Source: Candidatus Saccharimonadia bacterium (GTDB lineage Bacteria > Patescibacteriota > Saccharimonadia > UBA4664). From it: a stretch of DNA of 55,845 bases. The notes under the pieces were generated by a model. It saw only the letters and a list, made by a program, of their open reading frames with translations. It was not told the DNA's origin and searched no databases. Positions 46,355 to 55,845 of this stretch are shown here, piece after piece. The stretch is from positions 1 to 55,845 of the forward strand of contig JBBRSS010000007.1 in assembly GCA_038245115.1 (NCBI GenBank), in the 5' to 3' direction. The position numbers and the translations under genes were made by a program. Each line of letters starts with the position of its first letter. Position 1 is the first letter of the stretch.

Positions 46355-46852
46355 ATGGCCAAGGATTTTTCATTTGATGTAGTGAGTGACTATGACGTCG
46401 CGGAAGTAACTAATGCGGTGGATCAGGCGCAGCGCGAGTTGGGGCAACGGTTTGACTTTAAGGGAACAGCAGCCAAGCTGGAGTTTGCGGATGGCAAAAC
46501 TGGGGTGCAGCTTGAGGGTGAGAGCCGAAATCAGTTAGATGCAATTTTGGATATGCTCCAAAGTAAGCTGGTGAAGCGCGGGGTATCGCTGAAGGTGCTG
46601 GATACGACCAAGGACCCGGTGCAGGGCGGTAAGGAGATGCGCTGGAATGTGTCGTTTAAGAAGGGGCTGGATCAGGAGAAGGCCAAGCAGATCACGAAAT
46701 TAATCCGGGAGCAATACCCCAAGGCAAAGGCGCAGATTCAGGGCGAAGAGGTGCGGGTGAGTTCGGCGAGCAAAGATGATTTGCAGGGGGTAATGACCTT
46801 GCTACGTCAAGCGACGTTTGATTTTCCACTCGATTTTCAGAATTATCGCTAG
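46355..46852 (+). CDS. yajQ: YajQ-family nucleotide-binding protein
   Basis: SFDVVS, RFDFKG, IQG.EVRV...KDDLQ, F.NYR. Confidence 0.95.
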   Translation: MAKDFSFDVVSDYDVAEVTNAVDQAQRELGQRFDFKGTAAKLEFADGKTGVQLEGESRNQLDAILDMLQSKLVKRGVSLKVLDTTKDPVQGGKEMRWNVSFKKGLDQEKAKQITKLIREQYPKAKAQIQGEEVRVSSASKDDLQGVMTLLRQATFDFPLDFQNYR

Positions 46853-46853
46853 C

Positions 46854-47306
46854 CTAAGTTGAGAGCAGATGGATGGTGGGGAAAGCTTCCTGTTGCTTGG
46901 CTAGCTGGGCAAATTGGTCGCGAAGGTAGCTAGGTTTAAGATCAAGGTCTGGGTTCGTGGGGTCGGCGAATAGGAGTTCGGCAAGCTCGTGGCCGTGGCT
47001 GGCGGTGGCGAGGTCGGCGGTGCGAAAATCGCTTGCATTGTTTATCCAGTAGAAGAATTCAATGCGGTGATCGCGTTCGGTCACCCACTCGTTTATGATG
47101 AGGAGCTTGCCAATTTCGGCAGAAATGCCGGTTTCTTCTTTTAGCTCTCGGGCCAGGCAGGCTTCAAGAGTTTCACCAACTTCGAGCTTGCCACCCGGTA
47201 GGCAATAGAAGGGGTGGGTTTGGCCTTGTTGGCAAATTAGGAGCTGATTTTGGTCGATGGCGAGGGCGCGACAGGTCACGGCGAAGCTGGTTGAGGGATT
47301 ATTCAT
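46854..47306 (-). CDS. NUDIX hydrolase
   Basis: PGGKLEVGET...C.ARELKEETG Nudix box. Confidence 0.92.
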   Translation of the reverse strand: MNNPSTSFAVTCRALAIDQNQLLICQQGQTHPFYCLPGGKLEVGETLEACLARELKEETGISAEIGKLLIINEWVTERDHRIEFFYWINNASDFRTADLATASHGHELAELLFADPTNPDLDLKPSYLRDQFAQLAKQQEAFPTIHLLST

Positions 47307-47338
47307 AGTGCATTAAAGATACGACATATATTATTATA

Positions 47339-47373
47339 TTGACAGTACGGCTTTTGTTCGGCTATACTCCGAA
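47339..47373 (+). promoter_or_regulatory. recA promoter with overlapping candidate repressor site
   Basis: TTGACA (47339-47344), 18 nt, TATACT (47363-47368); TTCGG-N7-CCGAA palindrome (47357-47373) spans the -10. Confidence 0.6.
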
Positions 47374-47404
47374 TGTATAGATAACCAGATCAAAGGAAGA
47401 TACA

Positions 47405-48490
47405 ATGAGCACTGAACTAGCGGAGAAAGTAGTGATGGAACCGAAGGCAGAGAAGACGGTGAAGCCGGACAAGACAGATAAGGCTGAAAAGCAAATTTCG
47501 ACCGAAAAGGCAGAACGAATGAAGGCCATTGATTTGGCGATGGCACAGATTGAAAAGCAATTTGGGGCTGGTTCGATCATGAAGCTGGGAGAGGCGCATA
47601 AGATTGATGTGGCTACGATTTCCACGGGGTCATTATCATTGGATTTGGCACTTGGTGGCGGACTACCGCAGGGGCGTATTGTTGAGATTTACGGACCGGA
47701 GTCGAGCGGCAAGACGACCTTGGCGCTGCACGCCGTAGCTGAGGTGCAGAAGAACGGCGGGACGGCGGCTTTCATTGATGCTGAACACGCGCTAGACCCA
47801 GATTATGCTGCTAGGATTGGCATTAATCTCGATACGCTGTTGATTTCGCAGCCGGATACCGGCGAGCAGGCGCTGGAAATTGTTGAGACGTTGGTGCGCT
47901 CTTCGGCCGTCGACATTGTTGTGGTCGATTCGGTGGCGGCACTGGTGCCTCGGGCAGAGATTGAAGGTGACATGGGTGATGCCCACGTCGGCCTGCAGGC
48001 CCGGCTGATGAGTCAGGCCTTGCGTAAGCTCACGGGTGTAATCTCGAAGAGCAAGACCACGGTGGTGTTTATTAACCAGCTGCGCATCAAGATTGGCGTA
48101 ATGTTTGGTAACCCTGAAACTACGGCAGGCGGGCAGGCTCTTAAGTACTACGCTTCCGTAAGAATGGATATTCGGGGATCGGAGCAGATCAAAGACGGCG
48201 ATGTGTCGATCGGCAAGCATGTGAAGGTGAAGGTTGTGAAGAACAAGGTGGCGGCCCCATTCAAGGTGGCCGAATTCGACATCATGTTTAATGAAGGTAT
48301 TTCCACGGCTGGTGACATTATAGATTTAGCCGTGAAATTCGAGCTGGTTATCAAGAGCGGTGCCTGGTACTCGTATAACGGCGAAAAGATTGGCCAGGGG
48401 CGCGAAGCGGCCAAGCAGTATCTCAAAGATCACCCCGAGGTTATTAAGACCCTCGACAAAGATATTCGCAAGATTGCCCAAGGGGCATAG
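47405..48490 (+). CDS. recA: Recombinase A
   Basis: [35 protein letters not shown]. Confidence 0.99.
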   Translation: MSTELAEKVVMEPKAEKTVKPDKTDKAEKQISTEKAERMKAIDLAMAQIEKQFGAGSIMKLGEAHKIDVATISTGSLSLDLALGGGLPQGRIVEIYGPESSGKTTLALHAVAEVQKNGGTAAFIDAEHALDPDYAARIGINLDTLLISQPDTGEQALEIVETLVRSSAVDIVVVDSVAALVPRAEIEGDMGDAHVGLQARLMSQALRKLTGVISKSKTTVVFINQLRIKIGVMFGNPETTAGGQALKYYASVRMDIRGSEQIKDGDVSIGKHVKVKVVKNKVAAPFKVAEFDIMFNEGISTAGDIIDLAVKFELVIKSGAWYSYNGEKIGQGREAAKQYLKDHPEVIKTLDKDIRKIAQGA

Positions 48491-48492
48491 TC

Positions 48493-49113
48493 GTGCCATT
48501 TGTGACGTCGATAAAGCGTCAGGCGCGTGCTGGATCCAACAGATACAATATTTCGATTGATGGGGCATACAGCTTTACTCTGTCTGATCTGGATTTGAGC
48601 ATGAGCGGTTTGCGAATTGGGCAGGAACTAGAAGCTTCCGAGGTAGATCAGTTTGCTCAGAATGCGAAAGAAGCCAAGGCTTATGCCTTGGCTCTTCGTT
48701 ATCTGGGGATTCGTTTACGGAGTCGGCGGGAGTTATCGGAGTATTTGATTCGCAAGAATTGTGCGCCGGACGAGATAGATACAGCGCTTGAACGGCTGGA
48801 GGATCTAGGGCTGGTAGATGATCAGGCTTTTGCGACGGCCTGGATAGCGGATAGATTGGCGGTGCGACCGCGCAGTCGCATGCGTCTGGCGCAAGAGTTA
48901 GGCTCCAAAGGAGTTTCAAGGGATATTGTTGATGTGGCGCTTGAGGAAATTGAGCCTGAACGCGAGCTTCAAACGCTCAAAGATATTATTGAGCGCAAAC
49001 GCAGAACGAGTGGTTACGGGGATGACAAAAAGCTGGTAGCTTATTTACAGAGACAAGGGTACCGGTGGGCCCTGATAAAACAGGCGATGGAGCAGCTTGG
49101 GGAGACTAGCTAG
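48493..49113 (+). CDS. recX: Regulatory protein RecX
   Basis: AL..L..R.RS..EL, DD..FA, L.QEL..KG, YL.R.GY; follows recA. Confidence 0.93.
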   Translation: MPFVTSIKRQARAGSNRYNISIDGAYSFTLSDLDLSMSGLRIGQELEASEVDQFAQNAKEAKAYALALRYLGIRLRSRRELSEYLIRKNCAPDEIDTALERLEDLGLVDDQAFATAWIADRLAVRPRSRMRLAQELGSKGVSRDIVDVALEEIEPERELQTLKDIIERKRRTSGYGDDKKLVAYLQRQGYRWALIKQAMEQLGETS

Positions 49114-49224
49114 TTGGCGGTTACAAGACGGTAGGCGAGAACGAATGCTACAGCCCAGATAAGGATAATGATCACAATTGACTCTGGTTATATGATATTA
49201 GTTTAGCTTAAGGGCTTTTTATGA

Positions 49225-49755
49225 TCAAGAGCGGATTTCGGGAACAGTGTCCGGATTGAGTAGCTTATTTGTAACCGTAGAATCTCTAACGGTAATTATG
49301 TCGGGGGTTATGTCGATAATTTGGGTCCGGTCGATTATTAAGTTTGAGCTTAGCAAAGCCCGCCAAATTGATTGCCTCACATATAGCTTCTGTACCCGGT
49401 TGGTTTCGAGATTGATGCTGTAATCCTCGACTGCTCCAATTTTTCGACCAGTATCGGCGATCACTTGCTTGTCTATCGGAGAGTAATGATTATTTAGGTT
49501 GGTTTTAAATCGGACGATATCGTCGGGATTGGCAAGCTCGTTTTCGTCATCAATGATGAGGCAATCGGTGGCATATTGCCGAATGTCACCTATTAAAAGA
49601 AGCATAGGCATTTTTTGATGGGGGACCTTGCAGGTATATGCAATAACTTCAAGGTTCCCGACGTTGAGGACAGGTGCGCCTGTCCAAGCCACGACTTGTC
49701 CGGTCTGCAGGCTGATAATCGGTTGGCCTACCAGGTTGCTCTCCAGGGAATACAT
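49225..49755 (-). CDS. PRC-barrel domain protein
   Basis: Two PRC-like repeats (G.PIISL.TG; K.VI..TG.KIG.V.D). Confidence 0.8.
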   Translation of the reverse strand: MYSLESNLVGQPIISLQTGQVVAWTGAPVLNVGNLEVIAYTCKVPHQKMPMLLLIGDIRQYATDCLIIDDENELANPDDIVRFKTNLNNHYSPIDKQVIADTGRKIGAVEDYSINLETNRVQKLYVRQSIWRALLSSNLIIDRTQIIDITPDIITVRDSTVTNKLLNPDTVPEIRS

Positions 49756-49877
49756 GCCTTGATTGTACACCAATGTTACTCAGAACGAATGATGCAAATA
49801 TACTGTGGTTTTGGTGAGGTACCAGATTGACTAGTGAGCCAAAATTAGGTACAATTGCCTAGTTTTAAATCAATTAA

Positions 49878-49948
49878 CCTTTTTGCGTTTAACTTGCAGT
49901 TGAACGTATCCGGGATTAGAAAACCCTGGTTTCCAAAGAAAGGAAGCA
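49878..49948 (+). promoter_or_regulatory. Probable S6:S18 ribosomal-protein autoregulatory leader
   Basis: CCTTTTTG pairs with the RBS region AAAGAAAGG; inner hairpin GCGTTTAACT/AGTTGAACGT followed by CCG, directly before rpsF. Confidence 0.55.
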
Positions 49949-50314
49949 ATGCAAAAGACATATGAATTGATGGTGCTATTGCACCCAGACCTAGAAATCG
50001 ACGTCGAAACGCCGATAAACAAGGTTGAAGCTCTCGTCACAGCGGTGGACGGAAAAGTTTTGAAGCGTGACAACTGGGGCAAAAAGCGCCTCGCCTATAA
50101 GATTTCGCGACAAGACTTTGCGATATACGTATATTTTGAATTGAGCCTACCACCTGAGGGTGTTCAGGAGCTCGAGCGGACGATTCTGATTACCGAGGAA
50201 GTTCTCCGCCATATTTTGGTGGTACACGAAGAGAATCCCGTAAAAGTCGAATCCAAGAAGGATGAGAAGGGCGAGAAGAAATCGGAAGTAACGGTCGAAG
50301 AGGGAGCTAAGTAG
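49949..50314 (+). CDS. rpsF: 30S ribosomal protein S6
   Basis: YELM..L.P, WGKKRLAY.I, VLRH. Confidence 0.97.
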   Translation: MQKTYELMVLLHPDLEIDVETPINKVEALVTAVDGKVLKRDNWGKKRLAYKISRQDFAIYVYFELSLPPEGVQELERTILITEEVLRHILVVHEENPVKVESKKDEKGEKKSEVTVEEGAK

Positions 50315-50784
50315 TGGCAAAGAGCTTTAACCAGGCCATAATTATGGGCAATTTAACTCGGGATCCTGAGCTGCGGGCTACCCCAAGTGGTCAGCAAGTG
50401 GCTTCGTTTGCGGTGGCGACGAATCGTACCTGGACGGATGGAAGCGGTGAGCGCAAGGAAGCCGTGGAATATCATGAGATTGTGGCTTGGGGAAAGCTTG
50501 GTGAGCTTGCAGCCCAGTATTTGGCTAAAGGCCGCAAGGTGATGGTTGTAGGCCGCCTCCAAACCCAGAGTTGGGAAAAAGACGGCGTGAAGCGTCAGCG
50601 CACCGAGATTGTGGCGGCTGATGTGAACTTCCTGGATGCTCCCGGAGCAGCTGGGGCCGGTGGGTCGGATGACCGTCCGGCGGCTAGTTCTGGCAGCCAC
50701 TCGAATTCGGCTAAGTCCGATGATGTTGTGATCCAAGATCTCGACACGAACTCCAATATTAATTTAGATGACATCCCTTTCTAG
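50314..50784 (+). CDS. ssb: Single-stranded DNA-binding protein
   Basis: GNLTRDPELR, C-terminal DDIPF. Confidence 0.98.
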   Translation: MAKSFNQAIIMGNLTRDPELRATPSGQQVASFAVATNRTWTDGSGERKEAVEYHEIVAWGKLGELAAQYLAKGRKVMVVGRLQTQSWEKDGVKRQRTEIVAADVNFLDAPGAAGAGGSDDRPAASSGSHSNSAKSDDVVIQDLDTNSNINLDDIPF

Positions 50785-50816
50785 GGAAGTGATAAAGCAA
50801 GAGGAAACGAAAATTA

Positions 50817-51035
50817 ATGGCTAATTTTTACTCTAAAAAAGTCTGCCGCTTCTGCGCTGAGAAAACCGACTACGTCGATTATAAGGACGTGAAGCTGCTG
50901 CAGCGCTATTTGTCGAGCTACGGCAAGATTGAAGGCCGTAAGCGTACCGGCAACTGCCTGCGTCACCAGCGCCGTGTCGCGGTAGCGCTCAAGCGTGCCC
51001 GTCACATCGCACTATTGCCCTTTACGGTTCGGTAG
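50817..51035 (+). CDS. rpsR: 30S ribosomal protein S18 (Zn-binding CxxC type)
   Basis: CRFC, DYKD, GKI..RKRTG.C, KRAR..ALLP. Confidence 0.98.
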   Translation: MANFYSKKVCRFCAEKTDYVDYKDVKLLQRYLSSYGKIEGRKRTGNCLRHQRRVAVALKRARHIALLPFTVR

Positions 51036-51041
51036 ATCCAA

Positions 51042-51608
51042 ATGGCAAACGTTTATGGACACACGGATCTAAAGATCGGGGTGGTGGTTGAAATTGAAGG
51101 TGCGCCTTATCGCGTGACCGATTATTCTCACCACGCCATGGGGCGCGGCGGTGCCGTGGTCCAGGTTAAGCTCAAGAATCTGCTAACCGGCGGTGTGGTA
51201 GAGAAGTCGTTTCGGGGCTCTGATAAGATTTTGCCCGCTGATGTGAGCCGGGTGAATATGCAGATGTTGTATCGCGAAGGCGAGAATCTCGTATTTATGA
51301 ATAACGAGACATACGACCAGGAGACGGTGAGTGCTGATGTGCTAGGGGATCAGTCCAAGTACGTGGCGGACGATACCACCGTGGGTCTGCAGATGTTTAA
51401 CGGACGCGTGATTGGTCTTGAGATACCCAACGCCGTGGTGCTGGCAGTGACAGCGACAGAGCCGGGCGTGAAGGGCGATACCGCTACAACAGCGCTTAAG
51501 CCGGCCACGCTTGAAACCGGCGTTTCGGTGATGGTCCCGTTGTTTGTGAACGAGGGCGATAAGATCAAGATAAATACGCTCTCTGGTTCATACTTAGCAA
51601 GAGCGTGA
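51042..51608 (+). CDS. efp: Elongation factor P
   Basis: GRGGA...KLKNL.TG, TEPGVKGDTA, KPATLETG, VPLFV..GD. Confidence 0.96.
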   Translation: MANVYGHTDLKIGVVVEIEGAPYRVTDYSHHAMGRGGAVVQVKLKNLLTGGVVEKSFRGSDKILPADVSRVNMQMLYREGENLVFMNNETYDQETVSADVLGDQSKYVADDTTVGLQMFNGRVIGLEIPNAVVLAVTATEPGVKGDTATTALKPATLETGVSVMVPLFVNEGDKIKINTLSGSYLARA

Positions 51609-52324
51609 AGAAGCGCCTCGATGTATTGATGGTGGAGCGCGATTTGGCGCCCACTCGGTCGCAGGCGCAAGCGCTGATTATGGCCGGGCAGGTGTCGGCG
51701 GCGGGAAAACGGCTGGACAAGCCGGGAGTGAACATCGATGAAGCGACGCAGCTGCATGTGAAAGATCAGCCACGCTATGCGAGCCGCGCGGGGGATAAGC
51801 TGGCTTCGGTAGCCCAGGGATTCAACCTGGACTTCGGAGGCAAGGTCGTCCTGGACGTGGGTTCGTCGACGGGTGGGTTTACGGACTACGCTCTGCAACA
51901 TGATGCGAAGCGAGTTTATTGTGTGGACGTAGGCACGGGTCAATTGGCATACAAATTGCGCCAAGATGACCGGGTGGTAGTGATGGAGCAGACTGATATT
52001 CGAGAAGCTGAGCTGCCGGAACTAGCTGATATGGCGGTGATGGATGTGTCGTTTATTTCGCTCGAAAAGGTTTTGGAGCCTACCTCTGCACTAGTTAAGC
52101 CAGGTGGTTTGATTGTGGCTATGGCAAAGCCTCAGTTCGAAGCCGGTAAGCTGTTGGCGGATAAATATCGGGGCGTAATTCCGATGGGACCGGAGCGCGA
52201 TGAAGTGTTAAGCGGCCTGCGGGAGTGGATGCTCGAACGGTTTGAGATTGTGGCGGAGGCCGATTCGGGTTTGCCGGGCGCCGAAGGCAATGTGGAGCGG
52301 TTCTTCTTGCTTCATTCACAATAG
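51605..52324 (+). CDS. tlyA: TlyA-family rRNA methyltransferase
   Basis: S4 domain, SRAG.KL, DVGSSTGGFTD, DVSFIS, KPQFE, GN.E. Confidence 0.95.
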   Translation: MKKRLDVLMVERDLAPTRSQAQALIMAGQVSAAGKRLDKPGVNIDEATQLHVKDQPRYASRAGDKLASVAQGFNLDFGGKVVLDVGSSTGGFTDYALQHDAKRVYCVDVGTGQLAYKLRQDDRVVVMEQTDIREAELPELADMAVMDVSFISLEKVLEPTSALVKPGGLIVAMAKPQFEAGKLLADKYRGVIPMGPERDEVLSGLREWMLERFEIVAEADSGLPGAEGNVERFFLLHSQ

Positions 52325-52403
52325 TGATCTTTCGGTTAATCCATGGTATATAAGGAACCCAGGCATCAAATCGGTGTCTGGGTTCCTTGAGAGAGGGTTC
52401 GCG

Positions 52404-54398
52404 ATGATTCGCAAGTGTAGCGGAGCTAGGGTAGCTGCCGCCTTTTCGCTGATTTTGGTCATGTCGATGGCCACAGTAGGGCTGGCGACCAATGCTTCCC
52501 CCGCAGTGCCGGTGGCAAACGTAACTATCGCTTCATCAGGGGGCGCTTACGATCCGCTCCAAACTTTGACATACCGAAGCACGGTGACGGCCCGCGGTAC
52601 TTTGGCGCAAATCACCATGGGGATCCCTCGGACAGCCAGAACCGGCAGCCTGCGCAGCTCCTCCGGGACCGTGCGACTGGCGGTAGCTCAGCCTCATTTC
52701 ATTGTTTGGAGACCCGCTCGTCCGATCGCGGTGACCGCCGGGATGCGTTTGGCGATTTCAGTTGCCGGAGTTTACTTCGGCGGGAGGGGTACTTATCGAT
52801 TGGGACTAAGAGCGGTGACTGCTGCTGGTGGGGTATTATCGGCGGGTTATGGCTCACTGGTACTGGCATCTAAGCCGACAGCTTGCCGGGCCTCTTGGCC
52901 AAGTAGTTACATCAAGACCGAAAATGCCAAAGCCGGCACAGCCGGTTGGCAAATTCCGGCTGCAGCCTATAAGCCGGCCGCATTGAGCGCCTACGCTTCG
53001 CGGCAGTCTGCCGGTTGCGGCAACATTGTTTACCTCAAAGTCGATGCGCGGTCTTCCAATGGTTTGCGCTTGGCAGTCTATCGGGTCGGTTACTACCACG
53101 GTGTGGGGGCGCGCAAGGTGTGGGTAACCTCATCTGGCAAGTTCCTGGGTGGCCGACAGAGCCCGGCTCGGATTCTGAACGGCACCAATCGGGTTAAGCC
53201 AGACAATATGGTTAGCGTCGCCCATTGGTGGTACAACATCGGTATCCGGGTGGACGGCAGTTACACGCCGGGTACATACCTGATTCGGATCGATGACCTC
53301 GCGGGCCACCAGACTTTTGTACCGTTGACGGTACTGGATAGCACCAAGAGTCGGCACGCGTACCGCCTGCAACAGGCCACGACTACTTGGCAGGCATATA
53401 ACCCGTATGGGGGACGGTCGTTCTATTCCAAGATCGGTTCGGCCAGGTTGTCCTTCGATCGACCCTACCTGGACGGCCAAGGCTCCGGCCAATTCCTGTC
53501 GCTTGAGTACGGAATGGTGTATTTCATGGAGAAGCAGGGCCTGGACGTCGATTATTGGACGGACATGGACCTGCATAATCATGCTGCCAGTTTGAGAGGC
53601 CGGATCAGGACCTTGGTGTTGCCGGCGCACGACGAGTATTACTCGCTGGCGATGCGCAACGGCTTGAAATCGGCGATCGCGAGTCGGATTAACCTGGTGA
53701 GCTTTGGCGCCAACCAGGCTTACCGTCAGATTCGGCCCGACAGGTCTCAGAGGGCTTTCGTGGTCTTTGAGAGATGGACGGCCTGGCCCAAGTCGACAAC
53801 CTGGCGCTACCGGGGGCCTAGCCTTCACGAGCAGGGCATCTTCGGGGCGGAGTATGGTTGTCGTTCGAATGGGACGGTGACTACCAATCGCAGCTGGATG
53901 TGGGCTCGGGTGGCATCGGGTACCAAACTGTCGGGATTCGCCAACGGCGAGACCGACTACGTGCATCCGGCTCGACAGGCACCGATTCCGACTGGTACCA
54001 AGGTGCTGACAACAGCACGGCTCGACAGTTGCGGCGCCTCCGGGGCGGCATTGAGGATGGATATCGTGGCCAGGACCGATCGTTCTGGCGCGCGGGTCTT
54101 CGGTGGCTCAACGTTCGCGTACGGCTGCTTCGCCGTTGGTAACTGCCCGACAAATTGGCGGGTGGGCGGTTTCAAAGGAAAGCCTTTGGTAGTAACTGCC
54201 AAACAAGCTCAGGTGGTGGGCCAGATGGTCCTAAACGTCCTGAGTTGGGCGAACACCGGGGTTAAGGCTGCGGGTCTAGCCCCGCAGCAGGGTCTGACAA
54301 AGAGTTCAGCCAATGAATTCCAGGCTCTGGTGACGGGTCCGACTTCGCCTAGCGGCGGTTTGCCTCGACTAGTCTTGGGAGGGGACGGTAAAGATTAA
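52404..54398 (+). CDS. Secreted protein with N,N-dimethylformamidase beta-subunit-like domain
   Basis: Signal-peptide-like N-terminus; EN...GT..W, YR.GYY.G.GAR, TWQAYN.YGG.S.Y, SFDRPY, E......EK.G.DV.Y..D.DLH, HDEYYS. Confidence 0.75.
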   Translation: MIRKCSGARVAAAFSLILVMSMATVGLATNASPAVPVANVTIASSGGAYDPLQTLTYRSTVTARGTLAQITMGIPRTARTGSLRSSSGTVRLAVAQPHFIVWRPARPIAVTAGMRLAISVAGVYFGGRGTYRLGLRAVTAAGGVLSAGYGSLVLASKPTACRASWPSSYIKTENAKAGTAGWQIPAAAYKPAALSAYASRQSAGCGNIVYLKVDARSSNGLRLAVYRVGYYHGVGARKVWVTSSGKFLGGRQSPARILNGTNRVKPDNMVSVAHWWYNIGIRVDGSYTPGTYLIRIDDLAGHQTFVPLTVLDSTKSRHAYRLQQATTTWQAYNPYGGRSFYSKIGSARLSFDRPYLDGQGSGQFLSLEYGMVYFMEKQGLDVDYWTDMDLHNHAASLRGRIRTLVLPAHDEYYSLAMRNGLKSAIASRINLVSFGANQAYRQIRPDRSQRAFVVFERWTAWPKSTTWRYRGPSLHEQGIFGAEYGCRSNGTVTTNRSWMWARVASGTKLSGFANGETDYVHPARQAPIPTGTKVLTTARLDSCGASGAALRMDIVARTDRSGARVFGGSTFAYGCFAVGNCPTNWRVGGFKGKPLVVTAKQAQVVGQMVLNVLSWANTGVKAAGLAPQQGLTKSSANEFQALVTGPTSPSGGLPRLVLGGDGKD

Positions 54399-54434
54399 TT
54401 AGAAATAACTCCCGCGTCAGCAATGGCACGTGAG

Positions 54435-54464
54435 TGAGGCCCGGGATGTTCGTCCCGGGCCTCA
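54435..54464. terminator. Hairpin between convergent genes
   Basis: TGAGGCCCGGGA-TGTTCG-TCCCGGGCCTCA. Confidence 0.65.
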
Positions 54465-54484
54465 TTACTGTTCGGCCGTTCTGG

Positions 54485-55558
54485 CTAAACGTTGAAGCGA
54501 AATTCTACTACGTCGCCATCGTGCATGACGTAATCTTTGCCTTCGAGGCGGGCTTTGCCGGCGGCGCGGGCTGCTACCAGGGAGCCGGTGGCGATGAGGT
54601 CGTGGTAGCTCACTACTTCGGCCTTAATGAAACCTTTTTGGAAATCGGTGTGGATGACTCCGGCAGCTTCTGGTGCAGTCGCTCCTTGGGGTATTGTCCA
54701 AGCTCGGACTTCTTTTGGGCCGGCCGTAAGGTAGGTTTGCAGGCCAAGGGTGGAGAATCCGATACGGGCGAGTTGGTGGATACCCGATTCGGGCTGCCCG
54801 ATGGATTCGAGTAATTCCGAGGCCTCGGATTCTGGTAATTCGATAAGTTCGGACTCAATTTTGGCGCAAAGGAAGACGGGAATTGCGGGGACGACTAATT
54901 GAGTAAGTTTTGTCTTCAAGCCCTCATCTGCTAGCTCATTTTCATCGAGATTGAACACATAGATAAATGGCTTGGCGGAGAGCAGATGCAGTTCTTGGAG
55001 GGGCGCCAGATCTATATTTGAACCATAGAGTGTTTTACCGTCATCGAGCAGTTTGCGGGCGGCGATAATGGCCTCGAGAAGCATGCCGGCGCCCTTGGGA
55101 TCGCGTCGGGCCTCGCTCTCGAGTTTTTTGATGCGAGCGTCGATGGTCTGGAGGTCGGCGAGTATGAGCTCGGTATTGATAGTTTCGATATCGCGCTTGG
55201 CGTCGGGTTCTCCGTCGACATGAATGACATTGGGGTTGTGAAAGGCCCGTACAACTTGAACGATCGCATTGGATTCGCGAATATTGGCTAGGAATTTGTT
55301 GCCGAGACCTTCGCCCACGGACGCGCCGCGTACGATGCCGGCAATATCGACGAAGGTCACGGGTGCCGGCAGTATCTTCTCGGAATTATAGAGTTTGGCA
55401 AGCTCGTTTAGACGCGGATCGGGCAGCGCCACAATGCCAACGTTGGGTTCGATGGTGGCAAAAGGGTAGTTGGCCGCCAAGACGTTGTTCTTGGTGAGGG
55501 CGTTGAAGAGGGTTGATTTGCCGACGTTTGGAAGGCCGACTATACCGAGACTAAGCAT
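54485..55558 (-). CDS. ychF: Redox-regulated ATPase YchF
   Basis: [42 protein letters not shown] domain. Confidence 0.98.
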   Translation of the reverse strand: MLSLGIVGLPNVGKSTLFNALTKNNVLAANYPFATIEPNVGIVALPDPRLNELAKLYNSEKILPAPVTFVDIAGIVRGASVGEGLGNKFLANIRESNAIVQVVRAFHNPNVIHVDGEPDAKRDIETINTELILADLQTIDARIKKLESEARRDPKGAGMLLEAIIAARKLLDDGKTLYGSNIDLAPLQELHLLSAKPFIYVFNLDENELADEGLKTKLTQLVVPAIPVFLCAKIESELIELPESEASELLESIGQPESGIHQLARIGFSTLGLQTYLTAGPKEVRAWTIPQGATAPEAAGVIHTDFQKGFIKAEVVSYHDLIATGSLVAARAAGKARLEGKDYVMHDGDVVEFRFNV

Positions 55559-55642
55559 AAAAGGTATGTTTCCATTTTGAATCTTGAATGGCTATTATAT
55601 CAGGACTTCTTGAAATGACCGTTATGTTGCTATGATGAGCTT

Positions 55643-55825
55643 ATGGAACAGACTACACACGAAGAACATCGAATGCATGAAAAGAGCGGCTCGGTGTTAG
55701 CCGACTGTCAAGTCCCCGATTCCTGCAGCACTTTGTCTGAGACAACTTCCGCCACAGATCGTTCAGCATTTATTTGTTCATACGCCAGCCGAAACTTTCT
55801 CGGGCTGGTTTTTAGTTTGGTGTGA
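55643..55825 (+). CDS. Possible small hypothetical protein
   Basis: TATGAT 6 nt before the ATG, matching the genome's leaderless pattern; no homology evident. Confidence 0.3.
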   Translation: MEQTTHEEHRMHEKSGSVLADCQVPDSCSTLSETTSATDRSAFICSYASRNFLGLVFSLV

Positions 55826-55845
55826 ATGCGGTCGAGGTTGTAGTA

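Overview
Bacterial chromosome segment with the gene content, gene style and promoter style of a Patescibacteria/CPR organism, probably Saccharibacteria-like (inference, not a database result). Most of the window (about 8.5-21 kb and 26-55.8 kb) is ordinary housekeeping: msrB, AlkD-family, dnaG-rpoD, purF, polA, mutM, holA, rpsT, truB, rpsO-pnp, udg, rnj, ftsK, yajQ, recA-recX, rpsF-ssb-rpsR, efp, tlyA, ychF. Two accessory regions stand out. (1) Bases 1-8429 are visibly AT-richer and consist of two related elements integrated in tandem at what looks like a tRNA 3' end (CTCCGCCA at base 1; degenerate tRNA-Asp-like 3' ends at 5697-5721 and 8405-8429). Element 1 encodes a large serine recombinase and a tightly coupled four-gene operon: a GHKL/MORC-type ATPase fused to a phosphohistidine swivel domain, an unknown helical protein, a histidine phosphatase and a stand-alone PEP-synthase/PPDK ATP-grasp domain. 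This is a candidate undescribed dikinase-based phospho-switch or defence system. Element 2 has no recombinase and carries an AbrB-like regulator plus an ABC transporter. (2) Bases 21.1-26.1 kb hold a TrmB-type regulator divergent from a strong promoter that leads into long, densely hairpinned non-coding tracts. These alternate with a membrane-anchored nucleotidyltransferase, a DHH/DHHA1-like protein and two unannotated basic mini-ORFs separated by a repeated element. A second TrmB locus (10.2-12.6 kb) has a similar divergent design. No CRISPR array, rRNA or complete tRNA was seen.
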